A stretch of DNA of 64,000 bases, taken from the NCBI GenBank assembly GCA_964658305.1, contig OZ210884.1, positions 6,634,001 through 6,698,000 of the forward strand, in the 5' to 3' direction. The notes below the pieces were generated by a model, which made no database searches, was not told the origin of the DNA, and worked only from the letters and a program-made list of their open reading frames with translations. Positions 52,392-64,000 of the stretch are shown in pieces. Within the stretch, counting starts at the first letter, position 1; every line of letters starts with the position of its first letter. The position numbers were made by a program, and so were the translations under genes. This DNA is from Leptogorgia sarmentosa (Eukaryota).

Positions 52392-53048
52392 GTTGACTAC
52401 TATTACTGTAACTGTAATGCCTGGAATACCAAGAAAAACACCTTTATCTTAAGGGTCTTTAAAGAATCCTAGCAATAAAATTAATTAGTAAATATTGCTA
52501 TGGGAAGAGCACATTACAAATTGGAAACCTGAAATTTTCAATTCTGTGCAAGTGTTTAAAAAGGTATAAGAAGACCTTCTCTACAAGTTGCTGTACATAC
52601 ATCAGAGAGTTAAAAACTTTAAACAGCAAATAATTTGATAAGTACTGCAAATAACAAAATACACTCCAAACAGTAACATCTAGTCAACTCAAGATACAGC
52701 ATGAGAACAACATATATGAAATTTTGACTTTGATTGCTGGTTTGACAATGACTTTTTTGAAATACCAATGAGATTGTGTTATATAATTTTTAACTCATAT
52801 TCTTTACGCTACAACTGTTGTGTTTTGCCTTTATTACATCACTGAAGACAGCTCTATGTGTTGGATTTCCCCTCCAATTCAGTTATCATTTTAATGTAAT
52901 CATTGCCAATTTCGTTCATGAATTCCCACCACCACCATTCTTTAAGACATACTTCTGTTGTTACAGGTTACTTTGCCACTCAATGTTTCCGCCCCTCCCC
53001 CAAATGTTCGTCGCAGGCTGGATTAATTATACTGTACCAACGAAGAAT

Positions 53049-54350
53049 TTAGCTCCAACGATTGCGGACATATTTGAAGGCCACTTTGGCAAAATCTCTG
53101 TAGTTTTCATAGAAACGAAAAGCAGCTCCCATTCTCACAGCCCTTCTTAAACCTGGAATATTTCGTGAGATTCTTTCAACTTCATCAGCTAAGGTTTCCA
53201 AACCTGATAAATCTTCGACTGTACTAAATAAGTTATACCCTCTTAGGAAGTACATTGGCAAATTCTTTGCGCGCAATGCTTTCACGAATTCTTCCAGCAT
53301 TTGAAGTAAATGATTCACCATGTCTTCTTTGATCCAGGTTTCATTAGCTGACTGTTCGAAATACCAAAATGCAATAGTTTTCAAATGATACGAACACAGA
53401 ATTTCTTTGTATGGTTTTCGTGGTATTAAAAATTTAATGACGGCTTTGAATGCTCTCATGAGCTTCGTCTGTATCCTATTGAAATTTTCTATAAGTATTC
53501 CTTCTGCAACGGAGAAAGACAAACGAAAATTTCCCTCGCTTGAACTTTTGCCTACGATATGGAAACCCGCTTTGGTGACGCTTTCAATGATGTCCTTCGA
53601 AGGCCAATTGCGTTTTCGGTGGATCCATTCCAAAGCGTTTTGCGGCCAGCCATCACAACGAATTGCCAAGACAACATCACTGCATCGCCAAACGTATTCG
53701 AGAACCTTTTCTAAGACCTTTGTTCCTGGTTTTTTGGACAGTTTTACTGCTGGGCTGTCCGTAACAGGATCACATTGCTGACCATGGAAGAACTTCTCTC
53801 TTTTCCAATAGTTTTCGTGGAGGTGTTGTTTCAGTTTCCTAGAAGAAAGTTGACATATTTTGCCTTCAAGGGCATTAGATGCTGGTTCAACTAAATACGC
53901 CTGCCATTGTTCTAGCAAGTTGATACCGGAAAGATATGCATTAACAAATGGTGAATTTTCTTTCAGAGATAGATCACCGCATTTTTGATCCACTTCAGTA
54001 AAATGGATGTTTTTAAGTATACACATAAAGTCCAAATCAGGTGGGTCAAATGTTTCTGGATCATATAGAAACAATCCTTCCGACCAACTGCCAGAGAGAA
54101 TTGACTCATCAAGCTGAAATGGAGGTTCGTCTTCGAAGTATTTATTCAAACGTTCCTGGAGTGACAGTTTTGAAACCAATGATTCAATACCCTTCTCCAA
54201 AAAATCGGGTACCTCATTGTTCTGGCATATGAACATCTTGACATACGTGTTTGCCATGACCGTGAAAGATTTCATTCCAGCTACGAATCCGGGCACTCTC
54301 CACAATGCTTCATTTAGATCCTTATGCTCCTGGATATTCATCTGCGCCAT
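53049..54350 (-). CDS. cGAS-like receptor (cGLR)/Mab-21-family nucleotidyltransferase, 433 aa, intronless
   Basis: SGSWSEG...DLDFM (GS plus DxD), third acidic residue in SDVVLAI, WP..A..W..R...WP, GFHIVGK, FRLSFSVAE and SYHLKT signatures. Confidence 0.9.
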   Translation of the reverse strand: MAQMNIQEHKDLNEALWRVPGFVAGMKSFTVMANTYVKMFICQNNEVPDFLEKGIESLVSKLSLQERLNKYFEDEPPFQLDESILSGSWSEGLFLYDPETFDPPDLDFMCILKNIHFTEVDQKCGDLSLKENSPFVNAYLSGINLLEQWQAYLVEPASNALEGKICQLSSRKLKQHLHENYWKREKFFHGQQCDPVTDSPAVKLSKKPGTKVLEKVLEYVWRCSDVVLAIRCDGWPQNALEWIHRKRNWPSKDIIESVTKAGFHIVGKSSSEGNFRLSFSVAEGILIENFNRIQTKLMRAFKAVIKFLIPRKPYKEILCSYHLKTIAFWYFEQSANETWIKEDMVNHLLQMLEEFVKALRAKNLPMYFLRGYNLFSTVEDLSGLETLADEVERISRNIPGLRRAVRMGAAFRFYENYRDFAKVAFKYVRNRWS

Positions 54351-56545
54351 GGTGAATGTTCAGCTGACTATAGAATATACAAAATAGAATCAGTTTTCTC
54401 GACTGACAATGCATAAGCAGCTGTCAGCACTTACTACTCATTGATATACGTAGTTTACTCCTTTATACTTACTATATCAACATGCATGTACAATCCGTTT
54501 AATGATAGATCATCCACTGAAAAATAGTCAAAGTGTTGCCAAAACCAGAGACAAATTATCATGCTAGCTATATCCACCATTCAAAGCCAAATTGAAAGAG
54601 CTACACTGAGTTACATGTGGTATCTCCCCAAAATAAAAGTAGCAACGTACAACAGGATACGTCTGTTAGGGCTGTCTTCCTTTTATATGATATCACATTT
54701 CTTGGAGAGTATTTCCTTTTCAATAAAAAAGTGAAAGATTACTGACAGAATTGAAAGTGGCGCGGGGAATTTTTGTAAGGGTTATTCTCTGGAAATATAA
54801 AATACTTCTCTATAAATACTTCTGTCGTTCATGTACCATTCAATTCAATTCTCAAAGGCATAACAACGCACGTTTGACAAAAAAGAGCTGATTTTTGGGG
54901 ACACGCTGTATGTCATTAATGGAGGGTGGGCGGGGCGTCAAATATTAATCTATTTTCTTTAAAGTTTGCAAGAAAAAATGAAGGGGTGATCTAGAGCGAT
55001 TACCGTATTCTCTCTGTCTTGCACCCCGGGGGTTTATTCATTTCAGAACCTTCACTAGAGAGGGGGGCTCATTTAATCATATAAAATCAGCCATGGAGAT
55101 TGTCTCATTTGAACCATAATCAACTCAAAATTACACAGATCAGTATATATCACATAACAAAAACATATTACTTCTTCAGTAGTCTCTGAGTAAAAGCACA
55201 GTTTCGAACGAACAAGTGTGAAACAATACAGAGGATAATTTAAATTCGTCGCAAAAAATATCAACAACAGGAAACGTAAATATAAACGGTTTCTTTTTTA
55301 ACAAAAAGTGAAAAAATATCAAACCGAAAAAGGCGCAAATTAAGGAAATGTAATTGCAGTGATGTAATAATGACTACCGCGTTTGTTATTTTTCCCTCTG
55401 TAATTTTGCTACAAGTGGCGTCCAATTGATTTCATTTTAGTTACTTCCTATATATATAGCTATCAATCTACCACTCATTTTATAGATGATCCAATTGAAC
55501 AGGGAAATGTCCTGGTATACTATAGTAAAAAAGAAGTGCAATTTTCGTCCATATATTTAATATTTTTCGAACAGAAGTCTGAACCGGGGATGGGGAGATC
55601 AATTTAAATTCGTATCATTGAAGTGACGCTCTTAAACCACGTTATACACTTTAGGGACTAGAGATATTACGGCTGGTCTTTAGCTATGTTTGTACGTGCA
55701 CACAACAATTTGTCTGGCCGAATTTCCTCGCTGTATATGCCGAAAAATCGATCCACAGAAAACCACAGATTTTTCTCTCATAAATTGTTGAAAACCTTTC
55801 GCACGTAAAAACCTATACGCTAAAAATGGACGAGGAAGCACACAGCTTTATTGGAAAGTTTAGTTAAACCGGTATTTGTGAAAGAAAGGGGTCTGAATTA
55901 TTTCCCCAAATCGTCCCGACAAATTGAGCTGATGAGATGGAATAAACTAGGTTAGGTTGAAAAGACAGCCCTTTCGTTGGGGTTACTGAATTAGCCATTT
56001 TCGAATCGAACAGAGGACTGGATCTAGACTTCCTAAAGCCCTTTGTGCAGCTATAGCCTGAAATGCATAAATTTTAATCAAGGAATTAATTTAATTAATA
56101 TATATTTAGCTCGTTCACTATAATTTGTTGTCCAGTCCAAACATCAACTAGACCCAGTCCTTTGCTCGCAATTAGTTGATATTCCAGGATTTGATGACTG
56201 GTAAGAGATTAGGTAGAAATTATTATATAATCAGCCAAAATTGAAGTATAGTTACTCTTTAAAATCTGCAGGAAGTTATAGTAGCTAATTAGGCTAAGTG
56301 TTACAGGTTAAAAAATCTCTTTTAACAAAGGTTAAATAGTCTGATGTGCAATTATAGGGTTTTCGTCCATTCCTAATTAAATCTACACCACGATCGCGAA
56401 ACTTCAACGTTTTCCTCCCGCAAGCAGATTGATGTTTACATGGAATTGAAGATCGTTAGACTAGCCTCATTATCTGCTGTTTGAAACTCCTTCGGGGCGA
56501 CAGAAATTCAAGTTATTCCATATGCAAAAATTCAAGTTATTCCAG

Positions 56546-56813
56546 AAATGAGCTGTTTTCTTTAGATAACCTAAAATCGATTTTATGCATGATCGAACTG
56601 TCGAAGCTGGTTGGATTGGCCGCATCAATAATTTGTCGCCCAATATCGATAGTCAATCTCGCGGGACGTTCGCGTAATGCTATTAATTAGTTATATATAT
56701 TCCGATATATCACGCGACAAATTATCGATGTAGCCAGCTTCGGCCATATGATAGAAGGAATATCATGCACAAAATCGATTGACTTCAGGTTATCTAAAGA
56801 AAACAGCTCATTT
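56546..56813. repeat. Inverted-repeat element
   Basis: aaatgagctgttttctttagataacct...aggttatctaaagaaaacagctcattt. Confidence 0.65.
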
Positions 56814-56872
56814 TTGGGCTTCCTATGGTTATTCGACGTTCAAACCGGACCTATCATTTTTACGACATATAT

Positions 56873-57639
56873 TTATAAAGGTAGTTTTCTGTTCACTTTT
56901 TCTTGTACAAAATATTCTAAATCTTGCAAAGTGGTACCATTTTTTCCACACGTTACTGGTAAATATACATCTCGCCAAGAAAAAGGGTAGAGATGCTTTA
57001 AGATTTCTCGACCACCTCTAGGTACCCAAGCTGTATATCCTGAGAAGTTGGCCTTGGGTAGTGGTGTATTGACCATCCACGCTGGGAAACTATGGTAGAT
57101 TGTATAATGTAGCGAGAATAACCATGGCTCAAGGAAATGCCAGGTCTTTTCATAGTTCCAAAATAGTTGATAAATATAAATATCCCCAAGTGACCAGTTT
57201 GATTCGCTCGCAGTACTTTATACGACGCTGTCGACCAGTCATCTCTAACAGAAAAGCCAAGTTGCACTAACTCCTCAACTAACTTGTCTTTCTTATTATA
57301 GAAATTTTCATCTCCTATAACACCCAAATCAATATCGTGGTCCCAGGGTAAAGGACCGTGGAATCTATACACTCCCCATAGAGAACCATAGATTAAAAAA
57401 GAAGTCATATTTAGTTTGTTCATCAGCCTAGTTACATCCTCTGCATACTGGACCAGGCGACGTAGATGTTCAGGCGTTCTATAGCATGGGATTTTGTGAG
57501 AATCATCACATTTTATCACATCCGGATTGATGTTTATCGTCGTATAAATCACTATACACATCGATATGAATGACACAATGCACAGTCTTATGAATGATAC
57601 TTTATAATCCACATTGAAAATCCCTACCAGTTTAAACAT
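56873..57639 (-). pseudogene. Signal-anchored LicD/FKRP-like nucleotidyltransferase, frameshifted near 57131-57138
   Basis: N-terminal TM segment and YGSLWGVYRFHGPLPWDHDIDLG motif; C-terminal EPWLFSLHY...SFPAWMVNTPLPK...VPRGGREILKHLYP lies in a different frame. Confidence 0.75.
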
Positions 57640-57910
57640 GATGCCGTTTATGTGTCAGTTGACATTATCGTCGTATACAACATTCCTCCACTTGTGTATG
57701 TGTTCATTCAAGCCCTAAAATTATGCCAATATTGGAAGAACCGGCAAATTTTGGATTGCAGTGAAGTATACTTTCCATAAAGTCGCTATAGCTGTCGAAA
57801 TGTTCCTTTCTGTTTTCCTTATCAGTCGGTTATGGTCGTTCGACTTTCGCTCATTATCAGAAACTTAACTACTTCATTATAAGCGTGGTAGCTAACTACA
57901 TAAATGATAC

Positions 57911-57969
57911 CATAGGCAGCCCAACGCACGCACGTAATACTACGTCATGCGTGCGTTGGGCTACCTATG
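57911..57969. mobile_element. 59-bp micro-MITE with CATAG...CTATG ends
   Basis: cataggcagcccaacgcacgca / tgcgtgcgttgggctacctatg; exact 7-bp direct repeat atgatac (57904-57910, 57970-57976). Confidence 0.7.
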
Positions 57970-58277
57970 ATGATACCATGAATCTTGTTGAGGCGGTTTA
58001 GGTAATTTTGATTTGGCTATTCGCTAGTACTTACAGTAGCTACTGCCACCACTACACCGGCTACAAATACTTCAAGCTTTTTGACCTTAGGCAAACAGTT
58101 AGTAAAAATGTAGTCAATTTTAAGGAGTATTAGGCAAGAGAATTCAGGACAAAGAAATTTTTATGCCGATTTGCATCACTGCTTTAATATCTATTCGATA
58201 AACGAAATGCGTAGGCCGCATACGGGCGTGGGTATAATGGTTAAACGTTTATTTAGTGCTTCTTGTTTTGTTGGCCT

Positions 58278-58610
58278 GGTGACCAGTCAAAACGGCCCAA
58301 GGCAAAACGGCCCCGCATCCAATAGTCAAAACGGCCCCACATCCGATGGTCAAAACGGCCCCATACAAAGGACTTATATTAATATTATATACATGAACTC
58401 ATATCATACGATTATTAGGTTTTTGTAATATTTTTTTCTTACTCTCTCGAACTGTTTTTAGTGGTTAGGGTTAGAATGCTACGGTTAGGGTTAGATTTGT
58501 GGTTTGGGACTTGTTTATTTTGTGAAAATTACGTGCCAAAGCCACCGATCTGGGGCGGGGCCGTGTTGACTCGGGGCCGTTTTGCCTTGGGGCCGTTTTG
58601 ACCGGTAAGC
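58278..58610. mobile_element. MITE with subterminal caaaacggcccc repeats
   Basis: Four caaaacggccc units on the left, inverted gggccgttttg units on the right. Confidence 0.7.
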
Positions 58611-58625
58611 GTTGGTCTAGCCCCT

Positions 58626-58768
58626 AGGGCCCGTTTCATAGCTACGTCGAATTTTGGTCGCATCGATCGAATGCAATTGAAACAATGAGATAATGAAGTT
58701 AGTCCTCTCATTATCCATTGTTTGAATTGCATTCGATGCGACCAAAATTCGACGTATGAAACGGGGCT
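58626..58768. mobile_element. PIF/Harbinger-like palindromic MITE
   Basis: agggcccgtttcata...tatgaaacggggct with a near-complete internal palindrome. Confidence 0.75.
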
Positions 58769-59093
58769 TATAAACATTTGACTTTAAAACAATTTTCTAG
58801 CCTTGGAAAACATGCATGTATATTTTAAGAAATTTCAAGACCATATAAATGAACTTCTTGTCGGTATTCAGTCTCCGCCTTCTTGTCGTTTCTTGATGGA
58901 TCTTGTTTGGTCTCAATAGGTAATTGATGAAGACATAAACGAAGACATGGCGAATAATGATTAGAGATTTTTTTTGGGATTGTTAATATGGAAATTGAAC
59001 ACTTTTTTAATTTTTATGACGGTTATTTTTTTATGTGTTCTTTGATCTTTGTCATAGCTTTGCTTACATGAAGTATTTCGGATGTAATCCAAT

Positions 59094-62000
59094 ATGGCTG
59101 CCGAAGAAGTGCTGTTTATTTCGGAATATGTGAGATATAAGAAAAATAATGGCAAACTCAAGTTACTTTCTGACAAAATAATGTGGACTGCGGATGGTGC
59201 AGATAAGCCACGACTTTTTTATGCATATTCGGATATCAAAGGTAAAATATGTAAATATTTTAGGCGATGTTTTGAACGATACAATGAGATTCGAAGGCCT
59301 TTCGTCGGGAATGAGTAGATAAGTCACCATTCGAAACGTCCAATCTTATTGTATCGTTTAGATGGTGAGTAAAAACGTTTGTTTGATGTGTTGATCCTAA
59401 ACTGGCATCGTGTGCAGATGTTTTCAACAGTGTAAATAAATATTAAATTCAACGCTGGATATAGTCTGCTCCCTTACTGGCCCTTTTCACTGGATCATTT
59501 CATCACGGTACATTCAGTTGTTAAAGAAATCCGGTGTGCTGCTTTGTCATCTTTGTTGCGTTGTGTTATGAATTTAAACTACATCATAACTTTAAATCGT
59601 ATGACAATCATATATGACTTTCAATCACATAGTTGCTAAGACTAAATTATAGTAAAATAATAAAGTGAAAAGTGGGGCAGGTGCACCAGGGCATTGCAGC
59701 TTGAAATACCATGAATTTATACATTATTATTTTTACTTTTTGTGAATCATCAAACTAGAATGTCAATGTGTCATTTAATGGTATCCCATGGTATGTCAGG
59801 ATGAACCCTTTCTTGGTCTGATTTTAGTTACCGTAGTCAATCAATTTGGCCTTTAAAATTCTTAAAAATGCCATGAATTTCACACTTAACTGAAGAGCAT
59901 GGTCCTTGAGTACACAAACCAGACTGTCAAACTAGTTAATTTCAGTAAAACAACTGTTTATGATCAATATGTTCACTCGTTCAGTGAAGCATTGAAATCT
60001 AGGGATTTTACATTTGCAGTACAAAGAATCAGTCCAGAAGGAAGCTCTAAGATACAACTACAAATAGTTCTTCATGATGGCAATTCATACAGTTTCCATT
60101 TTGTAAATAATTCCTATCCTGGTTCTGAACGTAAAGAACGTGATGAGGTGAAGGACTTGTTAGCTCAATTAATTCCAGCACACAGGAAGAAAGCAAACAA
60201 AGATTTAGAAGAAAAAACAAAGTAAGTGACTAGCAGGGTAGGGGCCACAGAGTGGATTGAATATAATTGTGTTATCCTCCTACTCTTTACAATCAATTCT
60301 CCCACCAAGTGTATAAAATATTCAGTGTCCTTCATTTGCTGGAAACATTGTGTGCAAAACTAAATGAAGTATTAATCCCATAGTTTGAGAAGGGTAACAC
60401 ATTGCTTGGGGGAGATAAATGTTTGTATGTAATGTAGGGATAACCTGTCCTAAGAAACAAATTTCTTATTTTGTGGATGGGATATGGGATTGCTAACTTT
60501 CCTGATATTATAGGTAGTACCAGTTGTTTATAAGGTACTTTAGTTTGTCTCACATTTGCCCTGGGCCGCCGAGAGGTTGGCTGGGGGCCCGGGGCAAATT
60601 TATTTTGGGGCCCCCCATCTAAAAAAATTATCCCGGAATAACCAAAAAATATCTAAAAAATTATCCGACGGGTATGTTGCGATTACTTCCGACCGATTTA
60701 TCTCTTTTTTATGCCAAAACTCAGCACTACGCCCAAAAAAACAAGATATCTTGTCTTTGTGCGGGATTATTCAACACCGAAAAAAGACTGGGGCCCAACA
60801 AATTATTTTCAGGGGTCCCCACCACCTCGGGGGGACGGGGCAAATTGCCCCCCCCCTTCCCCTCTCTCGGCGGGCCTGCATTTGCCCAAATCTCCCATAT
60901 TAATATTGGTATTAGTGGACTATTTAAACGTCTCAGCAGGAGAACATGCTCCTCCGGAGTTTGTTGCATCACATCAGTGCCATCACATTGTGTCGCCACT
61001 TTTTAAAACTGGTCCACTCATATGCAAATTTCACTGATCAGTGTTTGACTATATACATACGTAGTTGAAATATGGAGTCTTGTTTAACTTAGATTATTAC
61101 AAGACAATCCAGATCTCTATCAGCTTTATAAAGATTTAGTTGTGGGTGATATTATTACAGCAGAGGAATTCTGGGCGAATAGAGCCAATGGACAGGTAAA
61201 TTTAACTTAAGTACATATTTATTCCAGGTTATATACTGGATACAGTACTTAAAGTGCATTAGATTATATTTGCGCTGTTGCATGTTGATCTCATAACACG
61301 TGACCTCCTCACGGGAGATGGAAATTAAGGACCACGTGGTTGTTGACGTGCAAAAGGACACGAATATATAGTTTCCAAGTACATGTTTAGAATAGACTAA
61401 TATAACTTAAATATTACAGGCGCTATAGACTGAAATGTTAAATCTTAATGTTTAAACTCTCTTTTTTCTGAAACTTTGTGAGAAAATTAAAAAAAATTGT
61501 TAAGTACCTATATCAGAATAATATCATATACAATATGCCAGAAATTATGAAATACGTACAAATTGCACTGTCTGCCAATCAACCATTAAACAAGACTGCA
61601 TGGATGTCATAAAAAAAAACTTAAAAGTTTTTCATATTTTTTTTCGAGATGTCCAATGACATTGGTTCTAGTGATGTTCAAACAATTGGACTTTCCTCAG
61701 GATTTCTGGTAAGCAAATTAAGCGGATAAATACAACAAACGACCCCCAATAGCTAGGCGTAGTAATTTTCTTTACATATAAAATCATTTCGATGTACACA
61801 ATGCAATACCGAAAAACTTAAACATATCTTTCATATAAATTTTTATTTTAGTCCGAGGTGAAACCAGAAAGCAGTGGTTGCAATGAATTAAAATATAATT
61901 TGGATGCTGATACGATTGCCGCCATTTTTAAGACTTATCCAGCAGGTACAACATCGGATGCAGCAAAATTATTTTGTGAACGTTGCTGGATTTCATTTCG

Positions 62001-63746
62001 TCTCAGTTTTCCGAAATCTTATAAAGATATACGAGAACCGACACCAGGATCCTATCCACAATTATTATTCGCCATGTAAAGTTATAAACTACACTTACTT
62101 GATAATGTTCGAGGACTAGTAAACTTGTGGCTTTCTAAGTTCCTAGTTTTAGGGAGGGTGGAAAACATTACCTGGGGTTTCCCGTTGTCCGGTTATCCTG
62201 TTATCTATACACAGTGAAAGTACAGTGGACTGAATTATAGTTGTATTTCTGTTGGTTGTAGTGAAGAAGAAACATTTGGAGAATGTTCCTGAGCAGGTGA
62301 ATTTACAGCTTTGATTTACATTCATTTGTGAAAAATTATTTAGCGCAACCTGGATTTTGCATTAAATTCGCAATGATTCCGCACGTAATCATTGCGAATT
62401 TCAAACTTTATTTTTTAAATAACTTACTTTGTTGTACTATTGCCAAAGACAAAATTGTTTGGGTGCAACCTTCCTGAAAATCAGCCTCGATGTAGACTAG
62501 TCCATAGTCCATAGTCACGTGATTAATTCGGCGCGTACCAGGAGAGAGGTTCTTGATGAACTATAACCTTAACCTCCACCGCAGTCACAATTATTTAATC
62601 AGATTAAATAACACCCGTTTACAGAGTATATTCCCCGCATTATTTCCTCTCTAATTTTTCAGATGACCGAAAAAGAATTTTGGACAAAATTCTTCCAATC
62701 TCATTTTTTCCATCGTGATCGTCAGAAATCTTCTTCGGATCTCTTCTTAGAATGTGCAAATCACGACGAACAAGGTAGCGCTGAAGTTCCCACATTCACT
62801 CGTTCACATGCATCTGTCTACAGATACAGAAGGAGAAAATCCCACCAAAAGTAGAATCGCAGCAATTGTAGATGAGCGTTTAACGTTTAGAGAGCGAGCT
62901 TATCATAATCTTTGATGTTTTTGCAACAGATATACTAACTCGCTAATGCTTTTTGATCCAGAATTCCTGCAACAAAAACTTTCAAATTTTTATGACCGTT
63001 TGTTGGATATTTCAGAAGCATCGCCTGTTTCCGAGCAGGTTGGTGACACTATTAAAGCTTAATAATTTTTTGTGGTTGTTTTTTCTGTTTATGAATTATC
63101 CAAGTTACCAATTAAAAACTATAATAATTATCTATATAGTTCTTAAATTCGTCCCTAAACCCCCACTGGTGTCACATGGGCATAACACAGTCAAGTTAGA
63201 ATTCAAAAGAAATCAACACTTTGTTTATGAATGTTTTTGGAGATTTTTTCAACAACTGGCCCCTGCATAGTCAATACGTATATAGATGACAAAACTTATA
63301 TTTGTGTAATTAATAGCTTTGTGTATTCTAGGGTTATGGTAGCACACAAGCGCCAGATATTGCCGACCAGAAAAACAAGAGTGACAACTTATTTCGACGA
63401 TTTAATCATCAAAGTTCTATGGTGTTAAAGTCGTACTCGAATATATCGTACGTCCTGGCTTGTCAGTTGTCATGTTAGGTTTTTAATAATATACATGTAA
63501 ACATATTACTCGACTTTTCAGCCTTTTTGAGCCTAAATGTTGCTTCTGAAAACACTGAGAACTGAAATGCTCAACAATATTGTTAAAAACTATGAACAAT
63601 GTGAGCAAGATTACTCAGTCATGTTATACTGTAAGCTCATATTTTTTTGGCTGTGCATGTTTCTCATTGTTATGTTTGTTAAATTGTTTTGCAGTTCAAA
63701 TAATCAAAAAACCTCCAGAAGCGAAGGAGAACCAGCTTCAAAGCAG
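59094..63746 (+). CDS. GTF2H1: General transcription factor IIH subunit 1 (p62), 5' part; gene continues past the window
   Basis: Exons 59094-59241, 60020-60221, 61093-61195, 61649-61708, 61852-61945, 62262-62296, 62663-62774, 62962-63038, 63332-63447 and 63695-63746 join in frame; PH-domain [17 protein letters not shown]-type LYKDLV...EEFWANR and [25 protein letters not shown]. Confidence 0.95.
60561..60878. mobile_element. hAT-like MITE in GTF2H1 intron 2
   Basis: ctgggccgccgagag / ctctcggcgggcctg TIR; perfect 8-bp TSD catttgcc. Confidence 0.85.
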
Positions 63747-63800
63747 GTATACTAAATATTAATTCTTTGAATGTTTTCATGGTGAAGTTAATATTTATTT

Positions 63801-63917
63801 ATAAAGTTTGTAGTTTACACCACGCAATTTTATGTTATAATAATAATCGCATGCAATTTAATTTTATTATTTTTTATTTGCGATAATAAATTACGTGGTG
63901 TAAACTACAAACTTTAT
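63801..63917. repeat. Palindromic repeat in a GTF2H1 intron
   Basis: ataaagtttgtagtttacaccacg / cgtggtgtaaactacaaactttat. Confidence 0.65.
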
Positions 63918-64000
63918 TAATAAATATACTAAATATATTTAACAACCTTGATATTTACATGGTGAGATGCAACTAAATTACTTAAATTAGTTATCATCTG

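Noticed and set aside
58462..58495. ggttagggttag telomere-like repeats (also near 835, 6432, 46205)
   Set aside because: Only 2-3 units, mostly embedded in dispersed repeats; not telomeric arrays
60556..61037. Overlapping 90-115 aa ORFs
   Set aside because: They arise from a GC-rich hAT-like MITE inside a GTF2H1 intron
63522..63549. Possible extra GTF2H1 exon after the ttttcag acceptor
   Set aside because: In-frame TGA within 10 codons; the exon at 63695 keeps the frame

Overview
This is AT-rich eukaryotic genomic DNA with GT-AG introns, most likely from an octocoral cnidarian, because the GFP is of the Renilla/Ptilosarcus type. Genes in order: two tandem intronless, anchor-less LicD-family nucleotidyltransferases (-); a PTB/PID-domain protein (+); RPS16 (-) head-to-head with ADPGK (+); a complete 5-exon GFP-like gene with a QYG chromophore (-); a second PTB/PID protein (+); three paralogous TM-NIT-TM sensor proteins (one -, two +); a 9-finger C2H2 protein (+); a cGAS-like receptor/Mab-21 nucleotidyltransferase (-); a frameshifted signal-anchored LicD (-); and the 5' part of GTF2H1 (+). 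Introns and intergenic DNA hold many MITEs (hAT-, Tc1/mariner- and PIF/Harbinger-like), tiny CAYAG-ended palindromic elements with 7-bp target duplications, and Penelope-type hammerhead ribozyme remnants. The main finding is that the three NIT-domain proteins keep the two TM helices and a signalling-helix-like segment of animal NIT-guanylyl cyclases, but each splices into a short terminal exon and stops with no cyclase domain. This suggests a family of cyclase-less nitrate/nitrite/NO-type receptors. All gene models were built by hand from splice signals and reading-frame continuity; no database search was run.
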